A stretch of 31,049 nucleotides of DNA. Origin: a bacterium. GTDB taxonomy: Bacteria; SZUA-182; DTGQ01. Below the pieces are notes generated by a model. The model searched no databases, was not told where the DNA came from, and saw nothing but the letters and a program-made list of their open reading frames with translations. This document shows positions 17,502 to 26,370 of the stretch, one piece after another; within the stretch, counting starts at the first letter, position 1; every line of letters begins with the position of its first letter. The position numbers were made by a program, and so were the translations under genes. The stretch spans positions 1 to 31,049 of the forward strand of contig JBFMGO010000075.1 of the NCBI GenBank assembly GCA_040752695.1, written 5' to 3'.

Positions 17502-20500
17502 ATGAAAAAACTGCCCCTTTTTATTCTGATCGGATTGTTAGGATTTCCTTTTCTTTTGGCTCTGCCTCTGGGAAAAGTAATGTGTCCGAGAGCGGTTGCC
17601 AGCAATATCACTTCCGCGAGACTGGCCGAAAGTGCCTGGCCATGCCGGGGGCATGATCCGGGTCATACCGGCCTGAGTTCCTTCCCCGGCGTAGAGACTG
17701 GCAGTCTGAAGTGGACCTGCCAAACGGGGGGAAGTGTTTATTCCTCGCCAGTCACGGGGGTTGACGCTACGGTTTACATCGGGAGTTCGGATGGCCGGAT
17801 TTACGCTCTCGATCCGGTGAGCGGCAGCCCGAAATGGAGCTACCAGACGGGGGGGAATGTCTATTCCACGCCGGGTGTAAGTGCTGATGGTACGGTTTTT
17901 GTCGGGAGCCTGGATGGTATGGTTTACGCTATCAGGGCTCAGGACGGCGGCTTGCGATGGAGCTATAAAACCGGCAAAGAGGTTTACTCCTCACCGGCCA
18001 TAGGGCCGGATGGCACGGTCTATGTCGGAAGCCTTGACGATGCCGTCTATGCCCTCAATCCGGAAAGCGGCAGCCTGAAATGGAGTTATCAGACCGGGGA
18101 CGATGTTTATTCTTCCCCTGCCTTGAGTGCGGACGGTACGGTCTATGTCGGAAGCATGGACGGCGCTGTCTATGCATTGCATCCTCAGAATGGCAGTCTG
18201 AAGTGGAAATACCAGACCGGGGGCAGGATCGATTCCTCACCTGCGGCAGGTGAGGATGGAACGATCTACGTTGGAAACATGGAAGGTCGTATCTACGCGC
18301 TCAAGGGCCAGGACGGCAGCCTGAAGTGGAGCTATAAGACAGGGGCAGCGGTTTCTTCCTCCCCGGCCTTGGGTGCGGATGGCACGGTCTATGCCGGAAG
18401 CCTGGATGGCCGGATCTATGCACTTAAGGCTCAAGACGGCAGCCTGAAGTGGAGCTATAAGACAGGGGCGGGAGTTTCCTCCTCCCCGGCCTTGAGTGCG
18501 GATGGCACGGTCTATGCCGGAAGCCTGGATGGCCGGATCTATGCACTTAAGGCTCTGGACGGCAGTCTGAAGTGGAGCTATAAGACGGGGGCGGGGATCT
18601 GTTCTTCTCCGGCCATCGGTGCAGATGGTACGGTCTATGTCGGAAGCCTGGATACCAGAATCTATGCCTTTGGTTCTCCGGAAGGTCAGGCTGGCAGCAG
18701 TTGGCCGTGCTGGAGGCTTGATGCAAGGCACACTGGCCAAAGCCCGTTTGACGGCGCGCAGAGCAATACCCTGAAATGGAGTCTTCAGGCAGGGGGTGCG
18801 GTTTACTCTTCCCCTGCGGTAGGTGCGGGGGGCACGATCTATATCGGAAGCTACGACTACCGCGTCTATGCCCTTAACCCGGATGGAGGCGGTCTGAAAT
18901 GGAGCTACCTGACTGCCGGTTCCGTCTTTTCCTCCCCTGCCATAGGGGACGATGGCACGATTTACGTCGCAAGTCTGGATAACAAGGTCTATGCACTCAA
19001 ACCCCAGGACGGCAGCCCGAAGTGGATCTACACGACAGGGAACCGGGTTTTCTCTTCGCCAGCCGTGGGGCCTGATGGTACGGTTTACATCGGGAGTCTT
19101 GACAGCCTGGTGTATGCACTCAAAGCCCAGGACGGCACCCTGAAGTGGAGCTTCAAAACCGGAGACCGGATCTATTCTTCCCCTGCTGTAGGGATCGACG
19201 CTACCGTGTATATCGGAAGCTATGACGGTAAGGTCTATGCCCTGAACGCAACGGATGGCAGCCAGAAGTGGAGCTTTCAAACCAAAGACGCGGTGTATTC
19301 CTCCCCTGCCATAGGGGATGATGGCACGATCTATGTCGGGGGCCTGGATGGCAACGTCTATGCCCTCGATCCGGGGAATGGCAGCCAGAAGTGGAGCTTT
19401 CAAACCGCTGGCCCGGTTTACTCCTCACCTGCTGTCGGCAGCAATGGTGTCGTTTATATCGGGAGCCTGGACGGCAAGGTTTATGCCCTCAAGGTAGAGG
19501 ATGGAAGCCCTGTATGGAATTTTCAAACAAAAGATGCCATCTATTCCTCACCGGCCCTCGATGCCGGGGAAGCGGTCTACATTGCGAGCCTTGACGGCAT
19601 GATCTACGGTCTTAAAATCCGCGATGGCGGTTTGATGTGGAGTTATCAGACCGGCAGCGGCGTCAATTCCTCGCCTGCCATCGGTGCTGACGGCACGGTT
19701 TATAGTGCAAGTTCGGCAGGAAAGATCTTTGCCTTCAGCAGTGACAGGGATAAAAGACCTCCCAAGATCAGTTGTCCGGACGATATGAGCGTTTCAGCTA
19801 CAGCCAGCAAAACCAGAGTGAATTTTACCGTAACAGCCGCTGACGATGTGGACCCCAACCCCGCAATAGCCTATAGCCATAAGCCGGGCACTGAATTTCC
19901 GCTCGGAATAACGGAGGTCAACGTAAGTGCCAGCGATTTTTCGAAAAATATCAGTTTCTGCTCTTTTCGGGTGACGGTTAAAGACATCGAGCCTCCTAAG
20001 ATTACCTGCCCGGCGGATATGGAAGTTCCTGCCACCGGCAGTAAAACCAGAGTGGGTTTCAAAGCGGAGGCCATAGATAATGTAGATCCGAATCCCAAGT
20101 TGTTTTATGACCATTTGCCAGACTCTGAATTTCCATTGGGTACGGAAACGGTCAAGATAATGGCGAGCGATGCATCGCAAAATTCCAGCTTTTGCACCTT
20201 CCGGGTGACGGTAAAAGATAAGGAACCGCCGCAGATTAGCTGTCCGTCCGATTTGACGGTTAAGGCCACGGGTCCAAAGACCCCCGTGTCCTTCGAGGCA
20301 AAGGCGGTGGATAACGTTGACCCCTTCCCCCGGATAAGCTACGATCATGAGCCTGGCTTCGGTTTTTCAGTGGGGACCACACGGATTCTGGTGACAGCCA
20401 CCGATGCATCGGGCAATGCCAGTGAATGCACTTTTGCGGTTACCGTGATCGACGATACACCGCCGCAGATTACCTGCCCGGCTGCTCGGAGGGTTAAGGC

Positions 20501-23500
20501 CACAGGTCCCGAGACAGCAGTGTTTTTCGAGGCAACGGCAGTGGACAGCGTTGACCCTGCCCCCCGGATAACCTGTGACCGTGCATCCGGCTCCGGTTTC
20601 CCAGTGGGGACCACACAGGTTTTGGTGGAAGCTGCCGATGCATCGGGCAACGCCAGTGAATGCACTTTTGATGTTACCGTGATCGACGATACGCCGCCGC
20701 AGATTATCTGCCCGCCCGCTCAGCCTGCTGTTGCCAAAGATGGCAAAGCCAAAGTGGAGTATGAAGCAAGAGCCATCGATAATGTCGATTCCCACCCCCG
20801 GATAACCTTCGATCCGCCGTCAGGCTTTGAATTTTCGGTCGGCACGACCGAGGTCACGGTAACGGCAACCGACGCATCGGGCAATGCCAGCACCTGCTCT
20901 TTCCCTGTGACGGTAACGGCAACAGAAGGGAAGGATACCCTCCCTCCCCAGATCGCCTGTCCGGCAGATCAGACCGTTCAGGCTACAGGCAGGCTGACCA
21001 CCGTGTATTATGAGGCAACGGCCACTGATGGGGAAGATCCTCATCCGGTCATCGCCTATGACCCTGAACCAGGCTCAGGATTCCCGGTTGGACCGGCGAT
21101 AGTCCAGGTGACTGCCAGTGACGCATCGGGCAATGCCAGCACCTGTTCCTTTCAGGTGACCGTGATAGATACCGTGACTCCTCAAATTACCTGTGAGGAC
21201 ACGATGACGGTTTCAGCTACGGGAGAGCAGACTATCGTATCCTACACGGCATCGGCTATAGATAATGTCGATCTCGATCCACGGATAACATTCGATCCTC
21301 CACCGGGTTCGGAGTTTTCTGTCGGGACAACACCAGTCATAGTGACCGCCACCGACTCGTCAGGTAATTCCAGCAGCCACACCCTCCAGGTGACGGTGAA
21401 GGACGACATTCCTCCTGTAATCATCTGCCCGGATGATAAGACTGGCAGGACCCCAGGCAGCAAAGTCACGGTGAATTTCGAAGCAAGAGCCATCGATAAT
21501 GCAGATCCAGCCCCCCGGATAACGTATGATCCTCCTTCGGGCTCGGATTTTTATGTTGGCAGAACAGAGGTCATGGTAACAGCAGCCGATGCATCCGGCA
21601 ATGCCAGCACCTGCTCCTTCTGGGTAACCGTAACACGTTCAGGCGGAACATCGGGAGGCGGAACATCGGGAGGCGGAACATCGGGGGGCGGGACATCGGG
21701 AGGTGGGACATCGGGAGGTGGGACATCGGGAGGCGGGGACACTACTCCGCCCGTGATTCACTGCCCCGGATCCATAACTGTCCCGGCCACGGGAAGCCTG
21801 ACCAAGGTGACCTTCACCGCAGCCGCAACAGCCACCGATAATGCAGATCCCCAACCCCGGATAACCTATGAGCCTGCATCCGGCTCGGGATTCAGGGTAG
21901 GGACGACACAGGTCTTGGTGACTGCCATTGATGCATCGAATAATAAAAGTACCTGCTCCTTTCAGGTAACGGTGAAGGATACGGAAATTCCCAAGCTTAC
22001 CTGCCCGGAAAATATAACGGCTCAGTCCTCGGGCACCAGCATCAAAGTGGAATTTACTGCATCTGCCATAGATAATATCGATCCCTCACCCGCGATAACC
22101 TTTGTGCCTGCTTCTGGTTCAGAATTCCCACCAGGTACAACGCCAGTCAGAGTGACCGCTACCGACTCATCAGGCAATGCAGCTACCTGTACTTTCCAGG
22201 TGAAGGTCAATTCCACGGACACCACTCCTCCCCTCCTCACCTGCCCGGAAAATATGACCGTCTCTGCTACAGGCACTCTTACCAGAGTGTATTTCACGGC
22301 AACGGCCACCGATACCATAGACCCCTCTCCACGGATAACCTATGATCATGCACCGGGCTCTCAGTTTCCGGTTGGAACAACGTGGGTCAGGGTCACTGCC
22401 ACCGATGCATCCGGCAATTCCAGCAGCCAATCCTTTCAGGTGACGGTGAAAGATACGATTTCTCCTGTGATTATCTGTCCGGAAAATCCGATCATTTCCG
22501 CAACAGGTCAAAAGACCAGGGTGAATTTTGCAATAACGGCTACCGATAATGCGGACCCCAATCCACGGATAACCTGTTATCCTGCTCAAAACTCCGAATT
22601 TTCGATTGGAACGACACCGGTCAGGGTAACTGCAACTGATGCGTCAGGCAATACCAGTACCTGCGATTTTACGATAACCCTAAAGGACAACGAACCTCCT
22701 CTGGTTACGCTCTCGCTCGATGATAAGACGGCTTATAGTACAGGTCAATCCGTCTCGCTTGATGAAAAAGCCCTTTATGATACAACCCAATCCATAATGA
22801 TACGGTACACCGTGACAGATGGCTGTGATCCTGACCCCGTGGTCAAGGTGGAAATTGCGAACAACGGGAGTAAACCGGTTGACTTTTCAACTTCATCGAA
22901 GTCGCCCATTGCCTGTGCCCTGTGTGAATTGGCCGGACAGAACGTGGTCACCCTGACAGCTATCGATGCCTGCGGTAACGTAGGGAAAGCTTCGGTGGAC
23001 TTTGAGGTGGCCCTGAAACTGGATGAAGGTCACGTCTCCATAAAACCTGAAATTCTCAGAATCTTTCCCGGCGCATTTACCGTCTCTCTAACCTTCCCCT
23101 CTCCCTACGATGCTTCAACAATATATGAAGTTATTGTCGATGGGGCACAGAACAAGGATATTGTCTATAATCCAAGAACACAGAAGGCAATCTGTGATTT
23201 TCTAAGGTCTGATATTCCTACGCTGCCGGTGGACCCGGCCTTTGAGGTTACAGGCTTCTTCAGATATAAAGGTGCAGCATGCAGATTCATTGGCTCCGAT
23301 ACCATCCGGCGCGTATTGTGGCCGTCCAGAGGAACCAGGGAGAGCATCCGGTTGATGAACGAGGATTGTCAATGGCCCTTTTGCTGGCGGGCAGGGGGAG
23401 GAACAGGGGTAAGAGAATGGGGATCGGGCGTAAGGGAATGGGGATCAGGGGATGGGGGATTTCTTTCGTCTGTGACCAATCGCCTCCCTGCCAATCCCTG

Positions 23501-23501
23501 A
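17502..23501 (+). CDS. Large secreted/surface protein: two 8-bladed PQQ-like beta-propellers, 12 HYR-like domains, C-terminal beta-rich region
   Basis: AGGAGG RBS before ATG 17502 and signal peptide MKKLPLFILIG (1999 aa). Sixteen ~41-aa W..TG..V.SSPA...DGTVY.GS.D..VYAL repeats. Twelve ~80-aa D..PP.I.CP...F.VG.T.V...A.D.SGN repeats. Confidence 0.9.
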   Translation: MKKLPLFILIGLLGFPFLLALPLGKVMCPRAVASNITSARLAESAWPCRGHDPGHTGLSSFPGVETGSLKWTCQTGGSVYSSPVTGVDATVYIGSSDGRIYALDPVSGSPKWSYQTGGNVYSTPGVSADGTVFVGSLDGMVYAIRAQDGGLRWSYKTGKEVYSSPAIGPDGTVYVGSLDDAVYALNPESGSLKWSYQTGDDVYSSPALSADGTVYVGSMDGAVYALHPQNGSLKWKYQTGGRIDSSPAAGEDGTIYVGNMEGRIYALKGQDGSLKWSYKTGAAVSSSPALGADGTVYAGSLDGRIYALKAQDGSLKWSYKTGAGVSSSPALSADGTVYAGSLDGRIYALKALDGSLKWSYKTGAGICSSPAIGADGTVYVGSLDTRIYAFGSPEGQAGSSWPCWRLDARHTGQSPFDGAQSNTLKWSLQAGGAVYSSPAVGAGGTIYIGSYDYRVYALNPDGGGLKWSYLTAGSVFSSPAIGDDGTIYVASLDNKVYALKPQDGSPKWIYTTGNRVFSSPAVGPDGTVYIGSLDSLVYALKAQDGTLKWSFKTGDRIYSSPAVGIDATVYIGSYDGKVYALNATDGSQKWSFQTKDAVYSSPAIGDDGTIYVGGLDGNVYALDPGNGSQKWSFQTAGPVYSSPAVGSNGVVYIGSLDGKVYALKVEDGSPVWNFQTKDAIYSSPALDAGEAVYIASLDGMIYGLKIRDGGLMWSYQTGSGVNSSPAIGADGTVYSASSAGKIFAFSSDRDKRPPKISCPDDMSVSATASKTRVNFTVTAADDVDPNPAIAYSHKPGTEFPLGITEVNVSASDFSKNISFCSFRVTVKDIEPPKITCPADMEVPATGSKTRVGFKAEAIDNVDPNPKLFYDHLPDSEFPLGTETVKIMASDASQNSSFCTFRVTVKDKEPPQISCPSDLTVKATGPKTPVSFEAKAVDNVDPFPRISYDHEPGFGFSVGTTRILVTATDASGNASECTFAVTVIDDTPPQITCPAARRVKATGPETAVFFEATAVDSVDPAPRITCDRASGSGFPVGTTQVLVEAADASGNASECTFDVTVIDDTPPQIICPPAQPAVAKDGKAKVEYEARAIDNVDSHPRITFDPPSGFEFSVGTTEVTVTATDASGNASTCSFPVTVTATEGKDTLPPQIACPADQTVQATGRLTTVYYEATATDGEDPHPVIAYDPEPGSGFPVGPAIVQVTASDASGNASTCSFQVTVIDTVTPQITCEDTMTVSATGEQTIVSYTASAIDNVDLDPRITFDPPPGSEFSVGTTPVIVTATDSSGNSSSHTLQVTVKDDIPPVIICPDDKTGRTPGSKVTVNFEARAIDNADPAPRITYDPPSGSDFYVGRTEVMVTAADASGNASTCSFWVTVTRSGGTSGGGTSGGGTSGGGTSGGGTSGGGTSGGGDTTPPVIHCPGSITVPATGSLTKVTFTAAATATDNADPQPRITYEPASGSGFRVGTTQVLVTAIDASNNKSTCSFQVTVKDTEIPKLTCPENITAQSSGTSIKVEFTASAIDNIDPSPAITFVPASGSEFPPGTTPVRVTATDSSGNAATCTFQVKVNSTDTTPPLLTCPENMTVSATGTLTRVYFTATATDTIDPSPRITYDHAPGSQFPVGTTWVRVTATDASGNSSSQSFQVTVKDTISPVIICPENPIISATGQKTRVNFAITATDNADPNPRITCYPAQNSEFSIGTTPVRVTATDASGNTSTCDFTITLKDNEPPLVTLSLDDKTAYSTGQSVSLDEKALYDTTQSIMIRYTVTDGCDPDPVVKVEIANNGSKPVDFSTSSKSPIACALCELAGQNVVTLTAIDACGNVGKASVDFEVALKLDEGHVSIKPEILRIFPGAFTVSLTFPSPYDASTIYEVIVDGAQNKDIVYNPRTQKAICDFLRSDIPTLPVDPAFEVTGFFRYKGAACRFIGSDTIRRVLWPSRGTRESIRLMNEDCQWPFCWRAGGGTGVREWGSGVREWGSGDGGFLSSVTNRLPANP
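21642..21737 (+). repeat. 15-nt coding tandem repeat giving a (TSGGG)x6 linker
   Basis: GGCGGAACATCGGGA-like units between HYR domains 8 and 9. Confidence 0.9.
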
Positions 23502-23517
23502 AGAAAGAAGCAGTCTT

Positions 23518-23546
23518 AAAACCCCCCGCCTACACCCGGCGGGGGG
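23518..23546 (-). terminator. Intrinsic terminator-like hairpin, U-tract on the minus strand
   Basis: 9-bp all-GC stem CCCCCCGCC/GGCGGGGGG with a 7-nt loop; AAAA at 23518-23521 reads TTTT on the minus strand. Confidence 0.55.
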
Positions 23547-23643
23547 AGCACCAGTTCGCTCCTTCCCCTGCTGGAGAAGAGATGCAGTCAAAGGCAGTCA
23601 GCGATACCCTATAGAGAAGGAGCGGTAATCCACAGAGTGGAAG

Positions 23644-23934
23644 CTAACTTCGCGGAGAGGAAGCGGCATGTCTTCTTTTAATACAGATCAGACCAAAAAG
23701 GCCGCCGGAGGAGGCGAGAAGCAAAAATCCACCACGAATGGGAGTAAAGATCATCGTTTGATAGTCAATTCCATCACCTGGAACTAATTCAACAATATAA
23801 TTCAATGGATTGGTACTGGTTTTTATAAATTGGCAGATGTACACATCCTTTGCCCTGCTTCTTCTTCCCGTCTCTCTTGTACTTTTCTTACTTGTCGTGA
23901 TATACTCATTGCTGTTTTCTTTTATTTCAAATAA
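23644..23934 (-). pseudogene. Remnant of a gene ending in a VPLPA/PEP-CTERM-like sorting tail
   Basis: Frame ends ...TPIRGGFLLLASSGGLFGLICIKRR(HAASSPRS). No signal peptide; the frame is closed upstream by TAA at 23937-23935. Confidence 0.45.
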
Positions 23935-24051
23935 TTATCCTACTGTCTCTAGTGGATCTTCACACTTGAAATTGTGGGGACAAGCGTTTAAATGAGGGGC
24001 AAAAACAACCTCTCTCCTTCACAAATTCAGCCGTGAAGACCCACTAGCGCC

Positions 24052-24069
24052 ATATGATCTAAATCATAT
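24052..24069. promoter_or_regulatory. FNR/Dnr-like palindromic binding site
   Basis: ATATGAT-CTAA-ATCATAT, a perfect 7-bp inverted repeat with a TGAT-N4-ATCA core, 43 nt before the Crp/Fnr start. Confidence 0.6.
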
Positions 24070-24112
24070 ATGCAAGCCGCTCATCCAGGATATATTCAGG
24101 GGATATGATTCT

Positions 24113-24820
24113 ATGAAAAATACATTTGGGACGTTAGAACCCTCTTCATTGAAAACAAAGAGGAGTGGCTTAATACTGGAGGAATTCCCTGTCTTTGCCA
24201 CCCTTTCAAAAGAGCATCTCAGTAACATAGAAAAAATTACTCGGCAAATTCTGCTCAAAAAGGGATCGGTTCTTTTTAGTCCAGGGGATGCCGCAGAAGG
24301 GTTTTATGCAGTCCTTGATGGTGCTCTTCGCATGTATAGAGTTTCTCCGAAAGGGAAAGAGATAACCTTGGAGATTGCCGGTCTAAAAAGTACCTTTGCC
24401 GAGGCCAGTCTGTTTTCGGATACGTATCATTGTTTTGCAGAGGCATTGAAAGATAGTGAACTCTACCTCATAAGAAAGGCTGAATTCTTAAACATGATAA
24501 GGGAAGATATTCAATTCGCAATGGAATGGATACGCATCCTCTCAATGCAAGTTATCCATCTCAGGCAACGTATAGAAGAGCTTTCTCTCAAGTCTCCAAG
24601 AGCGAAAATCTCCAGCTATATTATCTTATTGGCTGAGATGCAGAATTCATCCTCTGTAACCCTTCCTGTCCATCGAAAAGCTATTGCAACACTTTTAGGC
24701 ATGACACAGGAGACATTCTACCGGACTGCAAAGGAACTGGAAAACGAAAGGATAGTGCACTTTGATGGGCAAAAAGTTGAAATCATAAACTACACTCTGC
24801 TGGAGGAAATGTTCGAATAA
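24113..24820 (+). CDS. Crp/Fnr-family transcriptional regulator (Dnr/HcpR-like)
   Basis: cNMP-like domain (KKGSVLFSPGD, FYAVLDG, SPKGKEITL, FAEASLF) and HTH IATLLGMTQETFYR; no FNR N-terminal Cys cluster. Confidence 0.92.
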   Translation: MKNTFGTLEPSSLKTKRSGLILEEFPVFATLSKEHLSNIEKITRQILLKKGSVLFSPGDAAEGFYAVLDGALRMYRVSPKGKEITLEIAGLKSTFAEASLFSDTYHCFAEALKDSELYLIRKAEFLNMIREDIQFAMEWIRILSMQVIHLRQRIEELSLKSPRAKISSYIILLAEMQNSSSVTLPVHRKAIATLLGMTQETFYRTAKELENERIVHFDGQKVEIINYTLLEEMFE

Positions 24821-24864
24821 GTTGACCAGGAGCCTGTCCAGCTTATGACAAAAAGGGAGATCAA

Positions 24865-26370
24865 ATGAAGGTATTGAAAATTACGATCGGCTGCGCCTGC
24901 TTACTCTCGCTTATTGGTTGTACTCAGACCAATCTTGTAAGGGAGATTGTGCAGGCGCAAGCGCCAAAATCACCTTCCACCGCTTTCACAGCCACAATAG
25001 AAAGGGGGACGGAGACGACCCAGCAGGGAGGGGTGGATACATCCAGGGGAAGGCTCGCAACAATGCCTGATCCGAACATCAGCGGCAGGACACTTACTCT
25101 GGCCAATTCCATTCGGATCGCTCTTGAGCGAAACCCCAAGACGAGGGTTTCCTGGCGTGAGAGCCTGTCGGCAGCGGCCAGGGCAGGGGAAGTATCTTCG
25201 GCCTACTGGCCGGATGTGGAGATTTCCTCCGGTGCCGTGCGGGCTGATTCTGTGACGGCTGGAAGTGCGAAAGCCCAGGGACCCATCAACACGTATAATG
25301 CCGATTTTGGAGTGCACTATCTTCTGTTTGATGCTGGCGTCAGGTCAAATCAGGTGAAAGGTGCCAGGGCCGAGCTTCTGGCCGCAAACTTTCGACATAA
25401 TGCAAGCATGCAGGATGTGGCTTTTCACGTTGAGGAAGCTTACTATGACCTTTTGACCGCCGGTTGGCTGGTGAAGGTTTCAGAGGACAGTCTGAAGCAG
25501 GCAGAGCGCCACTGGGAACTTGCTGCCGCACGACATGCTGCCGGTGTTGCCATCCGCTCCGATGTGCTCAAGGCTGAAACGGAAAAAGCACAGGCAGCAC
25601 TGGCCCTTGTTCAGGCCCGCAGTGCAGAGCGGATAGCCCGCGGACAACTGGCTGACGCTATGGGCATCGTGGTTTCGCAGGACTTTAATATAGCGGATGT
25701 TTCCTATGATCTGCACAAACAGGAAGTTGCCGATATTGACCGGCTCCTTCAGGAGGCAGCCAAAATGCGTCCTGAGCTTTTGGCCTCTTTAGCCAGAATC
25801 GAAATCCAAAAGGCGCAGGTCCGAACCGAACGGAGCAGATACTGGCCTGCGCTGACCGCAGAAGCTTCCTATGGCTTGAGGGACGATATCTTCCTTCCGG
25901 AAAAAGATGAATGGTCAATCGGGGTTGGGCTTCACTGCCCCCTCTTCACGGGTTTTGAAAGGGAGTACCGGATCGAGCGGGCAAAGTCTGATCTGGCCAG
26001 AGCACAGGCTGAATATGAAAAGGCGCTGCACGGGATCGAGCTTGAGGTTTGGACCGCTTATGTCAATGTCTTAGAGGTGGATGAGGCCATCGGTGCAGCC
26101 GAGACCCTGGTCCGGAGCGCTGAGGAAAACGCTCTTGCAGCAGAGGCGGAGTACAAGAATGGCACAGGCACCATCATTGATCTTATCGATGCGCAAAACT
26201 CCTTGACTTCGGCCAGGGCGCGGCTCATTCAGGCACGGCTTGGCTGGTATAAAGCCACAGCCAGGGTGGAAAAGTCCATAGGCTCTTTACTCGCCGGGCA
26301 CATGCTGGCAGTCGGCCTCCGATCCTCTGGTCAGGGCAGAACCAACTATGAGCAGGGAGGAACCAAGTGA
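24865..26370 (+). CDS. TolC-family outer-membrane efflux protein (lipoprotein)
   Basis: Lipobox LIGC, LTLANSIRIALERNP, two OEP repeats (YWPDV / YWPAL, LFDAG / PLFTG), YKNGTGTIIDLIDAQ. Confidence 0.93.
   Translation: MKVLKITIGCACLLSLIGCTQTNLVREIVQAQAPKSPSTAFTATIERGTETTQQGGVDTSRGRLATMPDPNISGRTLTLANSIRIALERNPKTRVSWRESLSAAARAGEVSSAYWPDVEISSGAVRADSVTAGSAKAQGPINTYNADFGVHYLLFDAGVRSNQVKGARAELLAANFRHNASMQDVAFHVEEAYYDLLTAGWLVKVSEDSLKQAERHWELAAARHAAGVAIRSDVLKAETEKAQAALALVQARSAERIARGQLADAMGIVVSQDFNIADVSYDLHKQEVADIDRLLQEAAKMRPELLASLARIEIQKAQVRTERSRYWPALTAEASYGLRDDIFLPEKDEWSIGVGLHCPLFTGFEREYRIERAKSDLARAQAEYEKALHGIELEVWTAYVNVLEVDEAIGAAETLVRSAEENALAAEAEYKNGTGTIIDLIDAQNSLTSARARLIQARLGWYKATARVEKSIGSLLAGHMLAVGLRSSGQGRTNYEQGGTK

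Noticed and set aside
17700..22690. CRISPR array or long antisense ORFs (e.g. 18237-19403) in the repeat region
   Set aside because: Repeats are in-frame coding units with third-position variation and no unique spacers; antisense ORFs are shadows.
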